A stretch of 32,000 nt of DNA from Idiomarina loihiensis L2TR. Its GTDB lineage: Bacteria; Pseudomonadota; Gammaproteobacteria; Enterobacterales; Alteromonadaceae. The DNA is taken from the NCBI RefSeq assembly GCF_000008465.1, contig NC_006512.1:2070001-2102000 (forward strand). Reading direction: 5' to 3'. The notes beneath the pieces are model-generated. The model worked only from the letters and a program-made list of their open reading frames with translations, did not search any database and had not been told where the DNA came from. Position 1 is the stretch's first letter; each line of letters opens with the position of its first letter. Positions 21,617-29,428 of the stretch are shown here, one piece after another. Made by a program: the position numbers and the translations under genes.

Positions 21617-24600
21617 ATGTTCAAAGCGAGTGAGGTGCTATCCAAACAGCATCAGGCTGAGGACTTAAAGTCCTTACAGCAGGCAATTACTGACAATTAT
21701 ATTGTTGATGAAGACGAATATATGCGTGAGTTGTTGCCGCTGGTTCCTGCCGATGATGATACGGTTAGCGCAGTAACCGAGCGCGCAGCTAAGTTAGTTG
21801 AGCAAGTGAGGGAACAGGCAGATAACGGCGTCGTCGACGCATTTCTGCAAGAGTACAGCCTAGATACCAAAGAAGGTATTATTTTAATGTGCCTTGCCGA
21901 GGCACTATTGCGAATTCCTGATGCTTATACAGCCGACGCGTTAATTCAAGATAAACTCTCCGGCGGAGACTGGCAGAAACATATGGGCCAGAGTGCGTCC
22001 TGGTTAGTTAACTCAGGTACCTGGGGGCTGGCACTGACAAACAGTGTGACAAACCCTACAGGCAAAGCCATGGAAACACCTCGTGGTGCTTTCCGTCGTC
22101 TTGTTCGCAAACTCGGTAAACCCATTATTCGCAAGGCAACCTATACCGCCATGCAAATTATGGGTAAGCAGTTCGTATTGGGACGTACCATTGAGGAAGC
22201 CTTGAAAGAAAGCCGTGATAACCGTGACAAGGGTTACACTCACGCTTACGATATGCTTGGCGAAGCCGCATTAACTATGAAGGATGCGGATTACTACAAG
22301 CAGCAGTACGTCAACTCAATCAAGACGATCACCAAAGAAGAGTTCAATAACCCGGATGCACCACGGCCAACAATTTCAATTAAATTGTCAGCCTTGCACC
22401 CTCGTTATGAAGCATCAAATCACGAACGTGTACTAACTGAACTGGCCACCACTTTGACTGAACTGGTCAAGCTGGCCAAAGAAGCCGATGTTGGTGTGAC
22501 CATTGATGCCGAAGAAGCCGATCGCCACGAGCTTTCAATGGAGCTGTTTGAGAAAGTCTACCGCAGCGGCGTCTGTAAAGGCTGGCCACGTTTTGGTTTG
22601 GTTGTACAGGCCTACTCGAAGCGTGCACTACCAACCTTGTGCTGGATAACCGCACTGGCAAAAGAGTGTGGCGATGAAATTCCTGTTCGTTTGGTAAAAG
22701 GGGCTTATTGGGATAACGAAATTAAGTGGACTCAGGAAAACGGTTTACTTGGTTATCCGGTATTTACTCGTAAGTCACACAGCGACATTTCATACCTGGC
22801 CTGTGCCCGTTACTTACTAAGTGACGACACTGACGGTGCCATTTATCCGCAATTCGCGACTCACAACGCGCAAACCTTTATGGCCATTCAACAAATGAAT
22901 GAGACCCACCAGCGTAGAATTGAGTATCAGCGTTTGCACGGCATGGGTGATAGCTTATACGACACCATAATGGAGCAAAATCCAGGTATGGTGGTACGTA
23001 TCTACGCACCAGTAGGCCCTCACAAAGATTTGTTGCCGTATTTAGTCCGCCGGCTTCTAGAGAACGGTGCTAACTCGTCGTTTGTCCACAAACTGCTAGA
23101 TGCAGACACACCGGTCAATGACTTAGTCGAGCACCCGATGAAAACCGCGTCCGGCTACGAGAAGTACGCAAACAGCAAAATTCCACTTCCCTCAGAAATG
23201 TATGGGGATCGCACAAATTCATTAGGATTGAATATGAATATTCACTCACAAGCAGATGATTTTATTGCAGCGGTTCAACAGTACCGTGACAAACAATGGC
23301 AAGGCGGCCCCATCGTCGATGGGAAAACCATAGAAACCGATCACCACGTCAGTATTACCAGCCCTCAGGAAACCTCGAAGCAGGTTGGTAGTATCTACTG
23401 GGGTGATAAAAAACTCTCTGAACAGGCACTGAAAAGTGCGAACGCTGCCTACAAATCCTGGCGTAAGGTTCCTACCGACGAGCGAGCGGAATGTTTAGAG
23501 AAATTTGCCGACTTAATGGAAGCTAACCGCAACGAGCTTATCGCTCTGTGTTCTGTAGAAGCAGGAAAAGGCTTACAGGACGGGATCGACGAAGTTCGCG
23601 AGGCCGTTGATTTCTGTCGCTATTACGCCAATCAGGCGCGTGAACTCATGGGTGGCCCTATTCAGTTACCGGGTCCGACAGGCGAAGACAATGAGCTATT
23701 TGTTGAAGGCCGTGGAACTTTCATTTGTATTAGCCCATGGAACTTCCCTCTTGCCATTTTCGTCGGCCAGGTTGCAGCCGCTTTGGTTACCGGTAACTCA
23801 GTTATTGCTAAACCGGCAGAGCAAACTGGGCTTATCGCATACCGCGCAGTGCAGCTGGCTTTGGAAGCAGGCATTCCGGGTAACGTATTGCACTTTATGC
23901 CTGGCAGTGGTGCCGAGGTCGGTAGCTATTTAACCAGCCAGGAAGACATTGGTGGTGTTTGCTTTACCGGTTCAACTTATACCGCTCAGGCCATTAACCG
24001 GGCACTAGCGGCACGTACTGGTCCAATTGTGCCATTGGTTGCTGAAACCGGTGGACAGAACGCCATGATGGTTGACTCTACCGCTCTGCCGGAACAAGTT
24101 GTCACCGATATCGTTGCCAGTGCCTTCCAGAGTGCGGGACAGCGTTGTTCAGCCCTGCGAGTTCTATTCGTACAGGATGATGTTGCTGATCGTGTTCTCG
24201 ACTTACTACGTGGCGCTATGGAAGAGCTGCAAGTTGGTGACCCACTGCTGCATGAAACCGACGTTGGTCCGGTTATAGACGGCATTGCAAAAACCAACCT
24301 GGAACAGCACATATCTGATATCCAGCAGGCCGGTCGACTGATTGCTCGCGCGCCACTGCCAGATTACGCTATGGGTGGTACCTTTGTTGCGCCTACAGCG
24401 ATCGAAATCGACAGTATCAGCCAGCTGGTGAAAGAAAACTTCGGGCCAATTCTGCACGTTATTCGCTTTAAAACAAGTGAAATTGACGAGGTTATCGAGA
24501 GTATTAATAACACAGGCTTTGGTTTAACTTTTGGTATTCACAGCCGTAACGAAACCTTTGCTCACGACGTGGCAAGCCGCATTGATGTAGGTAACGTGTA

Positions 24601-24784
24601 CATTAACCGTAACCAGATAGGTGCGATTGTTGGCGTACAACCATTTGGTGGTCGCGGTATGTCAGGTACCGGACCGAAAGCCGGTGGTCCACACTACTTG
24701 ACCCGCTTTATTACCGAAAAAACGCGTAGTGATAATATTACTGCCGTTGGTGGTAACGCCACCTTGTTGTCTCTGGACGATTAG
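21617..24784 (+). CDS. putA: Bifunctional proline dehydrogenase / L-glutamate gamma-semialdehyde (P5C) dehydrogenase PutA, minimal architecture
   Basis: 1055 aa from ATG 21617, with an AGGAGA SD 5-6 nt upstream. The PRODH barrel (LMCLAEALLRIPD, ISIKLSALHPRY, RLVKGAYWD, YLVRRLLENGANSSF) and the ALDH module (ISPWNFPLAIF, ETGGQNAMMVD, GQRCSAL, VGVQPFGG.G.SGTGPKAGGP) are collinear with E. coli PutA. It lacks the N-terminal ribbon-helix-helix domain and the roughly 200-aa C-terminal domain. Confidence 0.95.
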   Translation: MFKASEVLSKQHQAEDLKSLQQAITDNYIVDEDEYMRELLPLVPADDDTVSAVTERAAKLVEQVREQADNGVVDAFLQEYSLDTKEGIILMCLAEALLRIPDAYTADALIQDKLSGGDWQKHMGQSASWLVNSGTWGLALTNSVTNPTGKAMETPRGAFRRLVRKLGKPIIRKATYTAMQIMGKQFVLGRTIEEALKESRDNRDKGYTHAYDMLGEAALTMKDADYYKQQYVNSIKTITKEEFNNPDAPRPTISIKLSALHPRYEASNHERVLTELATTLTELVKLAKEADVGVTIDAEEADRHELSMELFEKVYRSGVCKGWPRFGLVVQAYSKRALPTLCWITALAKECGDEIPVRLVKGAYWDNEIKWTQENGLLGYPVFTRKSHSDISYLACARYLLSDDTDGAIYPQFATHNAQTFMAIQQMNETHQRRIEYQRLHGMGDSLYDTIMEQNPGMVVRIYAPVGPHKDLLPYLVRRLLENGANSSFVHKLLDADTPVNDLVEHPMKTASGYEKYANSKIPLPSEMYGDRTNSLGLNMNIHSQADDFIAAVQQYRDKQWQGGPIVDGKTIETDHHVSITSPQETSKQVGSIYWGDKKLSEQALKSANAAYKSWRKVPTDERAECLEKFADLMEANRNELIALCSVEAGKGLQDGIDEVREAVDFCRYYANQARELMGGPIQLPGPTGEDNELFVEGRGTFICISPWNFPLAIFVGQVAAALVTGNSVIAKPAEQTGLIAYRAVQLALEAGIPGNVLHFMPGSGAEVGSYLTSQEDIGGVCFTGSTYTAQAINRALAARTGPIVPLVAETGGQNAMMVDSTALPEQVVTDIVASAFQSAGQRCSALRVLFVQDDVADRVLDLLRGAMEELQVGDPLLHETDVGPVIDGIAKTNLEQHISDIQQAGRLIARAPLPDYAMGGTFVAPTAIEIDSISQLVKENFGPILHVIRFKTSEIDEVIESINNTGFGLTFGIHSRNETFAHDVASRIDVGNVYINRNQIGAIVGVQPFGGRGMSGTGPKAGGPHYLTRFITEKTRSDNITAVGGNATLLSLDD

Positions 24785-24799
24785 AGACCAGCAAGAGAC

Positions 24800-24830
24800 A
24801 AAAAAGCCAGCGAGAAATCGCTGGCTTTTT
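24800..24830. terminator. Bidirectional Rho-independent terminator between putA (+) and the acyl-CoA dehydrogenase operon (-)
   Basis: AAAAAAGCCAGCGA-GAAA-TCGCTGGCTTTTT: an 8-bp stem with a GAAA tetraloop, flanked by an A-run and a T-run. Confidence 0.85.
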
Positions 24831-24844
24831 ACTTTATTCTTCGT

Positions 24845-25282
24845 TTATTTCTTCGTAACTTTTAGCTCTATCTGGTAATTTTCCAGTTGCCGTTTGAGGC
24901 TGTCATTTAAAACGACAATAATTTCCTGCTTGCGCCCTTTTTCATCCACAAAACTCAAACCGGCTAAATCTTTTTCATACTGCTGCAGTACCGGCGGGTG
25001 TTCCAACTGATAAGTTCTGGGGGGTAAAATGAGGCGTTTTTCCGTTAACTCAAGATCATTATAAAACGCGGCTGGTTGCAATGGCCTGAATTTCACTACA
25101 ATTGCCATAACAATAACCATGGTCAGCAGCGCGCCTGTAACAATAATCCACAAGGAAACCGCGTCACCAATATAAATTGCCATCCATATCGCTAAAAAGA
25201 AGCCGCCCCAGGCCTGGGGGCGGCGACTATCACGATAAAACGTCAGTGCATTGTTTTCTTTTTTTTCGTCTTTAGAATTCAT
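24845..25282 (-). CDS. Hypothetical small membrane protein (two TM helices plus a ~70-aa soluble C-terminal domain)
   Basis: 145 aa from ATG 25282 (MNSKDEKKEN). A basic stretch RDSRRP is followed by two adjacent hydrophobic helices (GGFFLAIWMAIYIGDAVSLWIIV, ALLTMVIVMAIVVKF) and then a charged soluble tail. I recognise no family. The start overlaps the upstream acyl-CoA dehydrogenase stop by 11 nt (ATGAATTCTAA). Confidence 0.55.
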   Translation of the reverse strand: MNSKDEKKENNALTFYRDSRRPQAWGGFFLAIWMAIYIGDAVSLWIIVTGALLTMVIVMAIVVKFRPLQPAAFYNDLELTEKRLILPPRTYQLEHPPVLQQYEKDLAGLSFVDEKGRKQEIIVVLNDSLKRQLENYQIELKVTKK

Positions 25283-27056
25283 CGTCACTATGTAAGTAAA
25301 GGCTTTCACTACCATCTTTTATCGCAGCTGCCAGGCTATGAATGCGAGGCAAAATGCGGGCAAAATAGAAACGTGCCGTTTTTGCTTTAGTTGCAAGGTA
25401 TGGCTTGTCGCTTAATAGTGGCTCGGCGGCTATTGCCATTTTCAACCACAGGTAAGCGTAAGAAACATAGCCTACCAGATGCAGATACTCAACCGCCACA
25501 CTGTTCACTAAGTTCTCATCACCAGCTGCTTTTTGCAGTACTTCCTCACTGACACCATTGAGGATATTTAGCGCCTGCTGCAATTGCTCTCGCTGCTTTA
25601 TCCATTCGCTGCCAGTAACCGTTTCATCCAGAAAGCTCTGAATTTCTTCATTAAATGGCTGCAGTAGCTGACCTTGTGAACCAAAAACTTTACGACCCAG
25701 CAAGTCCAGCGCCTGAATACCATTAGTGCCTTCGTATATTTGAGCTATACGGGTATCGCGAACCAATTGTTCCTGGCCCCATTCTCTGACATAACCGTGC
25801 CCGCCAAAAACCTGTTGGCCATGAATGGTCGACTCCAGTCCTGTGTCGGTTAAAAACGCTTTCGCAACAGGCGTCAATAACGCCACCATGGCATCGGCTT
25901 TTTGTCTAACCTGATCATCCCCGGCGTATTTTGAACGATCGAGCTGCTGCCCCACCCAGGTAGAAAACGCGCGACCACCTTCGGTCAGAGACTTCATGGT
26001 CAGCAACATACGGCGCACGTCACCATGCACTAAAATTGAGTCGGCTTCGGCCTGGTCGTTACGAGTTGCTTTTGCGCCGCGTCCCTGAATACGATCTTTA
26101 GCGTATTCCAGAGCATTTTGATACGAACGTTCTGCTGCGCCCAGCCCCTGAATACCAACGCCTAATCGCTCATAGTTCATCATGGTAAACATAGCGGGTA
26201 AACCTCGATGAGGCTCACCAACCAGCCAGGCCTTAGCTCCATCAAAGTTCATCACACAGGTTGCTGACGCGTGAATCCCCATTTTGTGTTCAATAGAACC
26301 GCAGCTAACATTGTTGCGTTCGGTCAGGTTACCCTGCTCGTCGGATAAAAACTTAGGCACCACAAACAACGATATACCTTTTGTACCCGCCGGTGCGTCA
26401 GGCAATTTAGCCAACACCAGGTGGACAATATTGTCGGTTAAGTCATGCTCACCGCCAGTAATAAATATTTTGGTGCCGCTAAGTGAAAAACTGCCGTCTT
26501 GCGCGGGAATAGCCTTACTGCGAATAATGCCTAAATCCGTACCGGCATGAGGTTCAGTCAGGCACATGGTACCTGTCCATTCCCCCGAAACCATACGCGG
26601 TAAATAATGGTTCTTCAGCTCATCACTGCCATGTGAGTTAATTGCCATGATTGCGCCGGAGGTTAGGCCCGGATATAGAGAGAAAGCGATGTCGGCGCTG
26701 CAAAGCATTTCTTCGTACTGAGCAGATAAAGATTTCGGCAAACCCATGCCGCCAAAATCAGGATTTGCCGTTACACCAACCCAGCCACCTTCAGCCAACT
26801 GGCGAAAGTTCTCTTTATAGCCTTTAGGTGTTGTCACCTCGCCGTCTTTAAACTTAACACCTTCTTCGTCTGCTTCGCGGGCTATGGGCGCAACCAAGTT
26901 TTCCGCAACTTTTGCACCTTCATCAAGAATAGCGCCAGCGGTTTCAACGTCCATCATGTCGGCAAGTTCCGGAGTCTGCTGCCAGTCATCAGCAACGCGG
27001 AATACATCATGCAAAACAAAATCCATGTCGTCGCGGGGAGCTCTGTAGTCAGCCAT
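25272..27056 (-). CDS. Long-form acyl-CoA dehydrogenase (~590-aa class with extra N- and C-terminal domains)
   Basis: 594 aa. ACAD core motifs are present (CLTEPHAGTDLG, KIFITGGEHD, GGHGY..E, IYEGTNGIQALDL). The N-terminal extension MADYRAPRDDMDFVL and the long helical C-terminal extension are typical of the FadE/DmdC-like long ACADs. AGAGG SD about 8 nt upstream. Confidence 0.9.
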   Translation of the reverse strand: MADYRAPRDDMDFVLHDVFRVADDWQQTPELADMMDVETAGAILDEGAKVAENLVAPIAREADEEGVKFKDGEVTTPKGYKENFRQLAEGGWVGVTANPDFGGMGLPKSLSAQYEEMLCSADIAFSLYPGLTSGAIMAINSHGSDELKNHYLPRMVSGEWTGTMCLTEPHAGTDLGIIRSKAIPAQDGSFSLSGTKIFITGGEHDLTDNIVHLVLAKLPDAPAGTKGISLFVVPKFLSDEQGNLTERNNVSCGSIEHKMGIHASATCVMNFDGAKAWLVGEPHRGLPAMFTMMNYERLGVGIQGLGAAERSYQNALEYAKDRIQGRGAKATRNDQAEADSILVHGDVRRMLLTMKSLTEGGRAFSTWVGQQLDRSKYAGDDQVRQKADAMVALLTPVAKAFLTDTGLESTIHGQQVFGGHGYVREWGQEQLVRDTRIAQIYEGTNGIQALDLLGRKVFGSQGQLLQPFNEEIQSFLDETVTGSEWIKQREQLQQALNILNGVSEEVLQKAAGDENLVNSVAVEYLHLVGYVSYAYLWLKMAIAAEPLLSDKPYLATKAKTARFYFARILPRIHSLAAAIKDGSESLYLHSDDEF

Positions 27057-27081
27057 ATCATTACCTCTTGTAGAAATTACA

Positions 27082-27117
27082 AAGCGTTCAAACTAATAAT
27101 TTAAACGCTTGTTTAAA
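27082..27117. promoter_or_regulatory. Nested AT-rich dyads upstream of the acyl-CoA dehydrogenase (candidate TetR/PsrA-like operator, or gspB terminator hairpin)
   Basis: TTTAAAC-GCTT-GTTTAAA at 27100-27117 is a perfect 7-bp-arm palindrome. AAGCGTTCAAA-N7-TTTAAACGCTT at 27082-27110 matches in 10 of 11 arm positions. The elements lie 26-61 nt upstream of the ACAD ATG and 48-83 nt downstream of the gspB stop. Confidence 0.35.
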
Positions 27118-27164
27118 CTGTATCGCACAAGAGTATGAATCCCTTCGCAGGATGTCAATAATTT

Positions 27165-27875
27165 CTATGGTTGCCAGTCTTCTAAAGCGGGCTGGGAGAA
27201 TGCCTGTGAGTCTTTCACCAAAACCACCTTTTGCGGTTCTATTCGCAATATTGTCAGCTGATTTAACGCATCGCCCTCGTACAGTCGCTGGCCGTTCAGC
27301 TCAATCCACCGCTGAGATGCACTGGAGCGATACATATGGCTGTCGTAACTAAACGCAGGAACCTCTCGCTGAAACGAGCGCGAGAGTTCACTTAATGAAG
27401 GGATTACACTAGTATCGGCTCTATTATCATCGCTATTGCTGGTGTCGTTCACTGCCGCTTCAAAACGCTGCAACAAGTCTGGCGAAACAGTAGAAAGATC
27501 CAGAGCCTGCCGCTGCGATCCAGCTTGGGCGCTTGGCTCGGGTTCTGATGATTGCTGTTGACCACTGCTTTGTGTGACTTCGGGTTCTTCTTCCGGAACG
27601 GGTTCGGGTTCTGCTTCCCATTCAACCGATTCAATACTGGCGGTTTCTCCCCACCGGAAGCCTTCCGCTTCAGGACGTTCAGACTGGTTTGTTTCACCAA
27701 GCCAAACAGCTCCGGCAGAGCCCAGCACTGCGCCGAGAATAAGCACCAAAGGCCAAAGTAACCAACTCCAGCTACGGCTGTGTTTATCGTTAGCCATAAG
27801 CGAGGCATCAAGCACCGAGGTTTGTTTTAATAATGGCGACTGTTGCTGCTTTAATGCTTTTAATAAGGATGACAT
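27165..27875 (-). CDS. gspB: Type II secretion system assembly factor GspB/ExeB
   Basis: 236 aa with the family-typical N-terminus MSSLLKALKQQQ. It has one TM helix (WSWLLWPLVLILGAVLGSAGAVWL) and an acidic/Pro low-complexity linker (EPEPVPEEEPE). The C-terminal GspB motif region reads YDSHMYRSSASQRWIELNGQRLYEGD. Located directly downstream of gspA. Confidence 0.75.
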   Translation of the reverse strand: MSSLLKALKQQQSPLLKQTSVLDASLMANDKHSRSWSWLLWPLVLILGAVLGSAGAVWLGETNQSERPEAEGFRWGETASIESVEWEAEPEPVPEEEPEVTQSSGQQQSSEPEPSAQAGSQRQALDLSTVSPDLLQRFEAAVNDTSNSDDNRADTSVIPSLSELSRSFQREVPAFSYDSHMYRSSASQRWIELNGQRLYEGDALNQLTILRIEPQKVVLVKDSQAFSQPALEDWQP

Positions 27876-27900
27876 TATTTGCTCTCTTTACTCGCTTTTT

Positions 27901-29319
27901 TCATTCGCTTTCTTTACTCAATCTGGGCCCAAAGTCAGACGCGCGTGATGCCAGCCATGCCATTGTCGCTTCATCTAGTTTCCCGGTTACCCTTAGCCCC
28001 TGGCTTTTTTGCAGCTCTTTAAATTGCTCGTCCGATGACTTGCTTTGCCATTTAGAACCCAGGTGTTTTATCAGCTGTTCACGAACCCACTGTTGGTGTG
28101 CGTCGTCACTTTCAGCCAGCGGCTGTTGATACAAAATAAGGAAAGCCCCGTTCCAGCCATTAGTATCTATCGCCGTACCATCGGTTATTAAATCGGCGCT
28201 TTTATCTCGCCTATAAAGCAATGCCGGGTAATTAATGCTGCGCAGTTGCTGCAGGCTCTGGTTTAACTCAAGACAGACGAGATCATATTGTTCTATCCAC
28301 TGACAAAAATCAGTATCTACCGGCGGTTCGGGCAAGCCCCAGACACTCGCCAACTCTTTTGCGGCCTGATACTGACTGCTGGACGTTGCGTCCAACGGTT
28401 TTTCCGTATCGTTAATCAGGGTGTAACTGCCAGCCGCGCTGGCGACAAGAAGCAAAAAAGCCCCCGCCCAACGCCATAAAGCTGAGTGCGGCTGTCTATT
28501 CCGACTACCGGTAGTGCCATTCAGCTCAATATGCGCTTGCTGTATATGCCTTGGCAACACTTCGCTACTGGATTCCGTATAAGCTGCCAACAATGCCCGG
28601 TCACAATAAAGGTTTAATAAACGGGGAATACCCTGGGTTAACTGGTGTGCCTTCCTTCCTGCAGCAGCAGTAAACAAAGGCCGGTTTGCGCCAGCCACCT
28701 GCAGGCGGTAAGCAATGTAGCGTTGCGTGTCCTGCTCGGTCAGCGGCAAAATATGATAGCGGGCGGTAATACGCTGTGCCAGTTGACGAAGCTCCTGTCG
28801 GCGCAGTAAGTCCTGTAATTCCGGCTGACCAATTAAAATGACCCGAAGCAATTTACGATCATGAGTTTCTAAGTTGGTCAGTAACCTCAGCTGTTCCAGA
28901 ACCTGTGGTCGCAAATGCTGAGCTTCATCAATGAGCACCACACATTGGCGGCCATCATCATTAGCTTTCAGAAAAAACTGGCTGAGCTTATCGGTCAGTG
29001 TTTTACGGGTCGCAGAGCGCTTTTGATAACGAATACCAAACTCATCGCACAGGCTGGCAAGCAGTTCATCTTCATTCAACATAGGGTTGAGGATGAACGC
29101 CGTTTCCGTTGACTCGGGCAACTGCTCCAGTAACGCTCTGGATACCGTGGTTTTACCTGTGCCCACTTCCCCGGTTAACAGAATAAAACCACCGCTGCCT
29201 TGTAGCCCCTGTGTAAGATGCGCCAAAGCCTCCTGATGCCGTTCACTCAGGTAAAGGTAATTTGGGTCCGGGGCAATGGAGAAAGGCTCTGCCTGAAGAC
29301 CAAAATAGTTCTGATACAT
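27901..29319 (-). CDS. gspA: Type II secretion system AAA+ ATPase GspA/ExeA with C-terminal peptidoglycan-binding domain
   Basis: 472 aa. MYQNYFGLQAEPFSIAPDPNYLYLSERHQEAL is the characteristic ExeA N-terminus. Walker A is GEVGTGKT and Walker B is VLIDEAQ. There is a central TM helix (ALWRWAGAFLLLVASAAG). The C-terminal PG_binding_1-like segment is FKELQKSQGLRVTGKLDEATMAWL. Confidence 0.85.
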   Translation of the reverse strand: MYQNYFGLQAEPFSIAPDPNYLYLSERHQEALAHLTQGLQGSGGFILLTGEVGTGKTTVSRALLEQLPESTETAFILNPMLNEDELLASLCDEFGIRYQKRSATRKTLTDKLSQFFLKANDDGRQCVVLIDEAQHLRPQVLEQLRLLTNLETHDRKLLRVILIGQPELQDLLRRQELRQLAQRITARYHILPLTEQDTQRYIAYRLQVAGANRPLFTAAAGRKAHQLTQGIPRLLNLYCDRALLAAYTESSSEVLPRHIQQAHIELNGTTGSRNRQPHSALWRWAGAFLLLVASAAGSYTLINDTEKPLDATSSSQYQAAKELASVWGLPEPPVDTDFCQWIEQYDLVCLELNQSLQQLRSINYPALLYRRDKSADLITDGTAIDTNGWNGAFLILYQQPLAESDDAHQQWVREQLIKHLGSKWQSKSSDEQFKELQKSQGLRVTGKLDEATMAWLASRASDFGPRLSKESE

Positions 29320-29428
29320 ATCGGCCCGCTACTGTGCTGATAATATTATTTGTTCAACAGTGTAACGACTTGCTTGCACATCGACCAGTGATTCGACATG
29401 ATCATGCCAAACAAAGTTGAGGTGAACA

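Noticed and set aside
25259-25266. A8/T8 homopolymer runs inside coding regions (25259-25266 in the small membrane protein; 31353-31360 in folB), considered as slipped-strand phase-variation tracts
   Set aside because: They encode Lys-rich segments (EKKE, KEKK) in frame. Eight bases is short for phase variation, and folB is an essential-pathway gene that is unlikely to be phase-variable.
29331-29361. ACTGT-N21-ACAGT dyad with central GATAATATTAT in the gspA/cca divergent region, considered as a LexA box, Fur box or dif site
   Set aside because: LexA requires CTGT-N8-ACAG, and the spacing here is wrong. It matches the 19-bp Fur consensus only in the AT-rich core. The putative XerD arm matches dif in only about 5 of 11 positions. 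Most likely these are overlapping AT-rich -10 elements of the divergent promoters.
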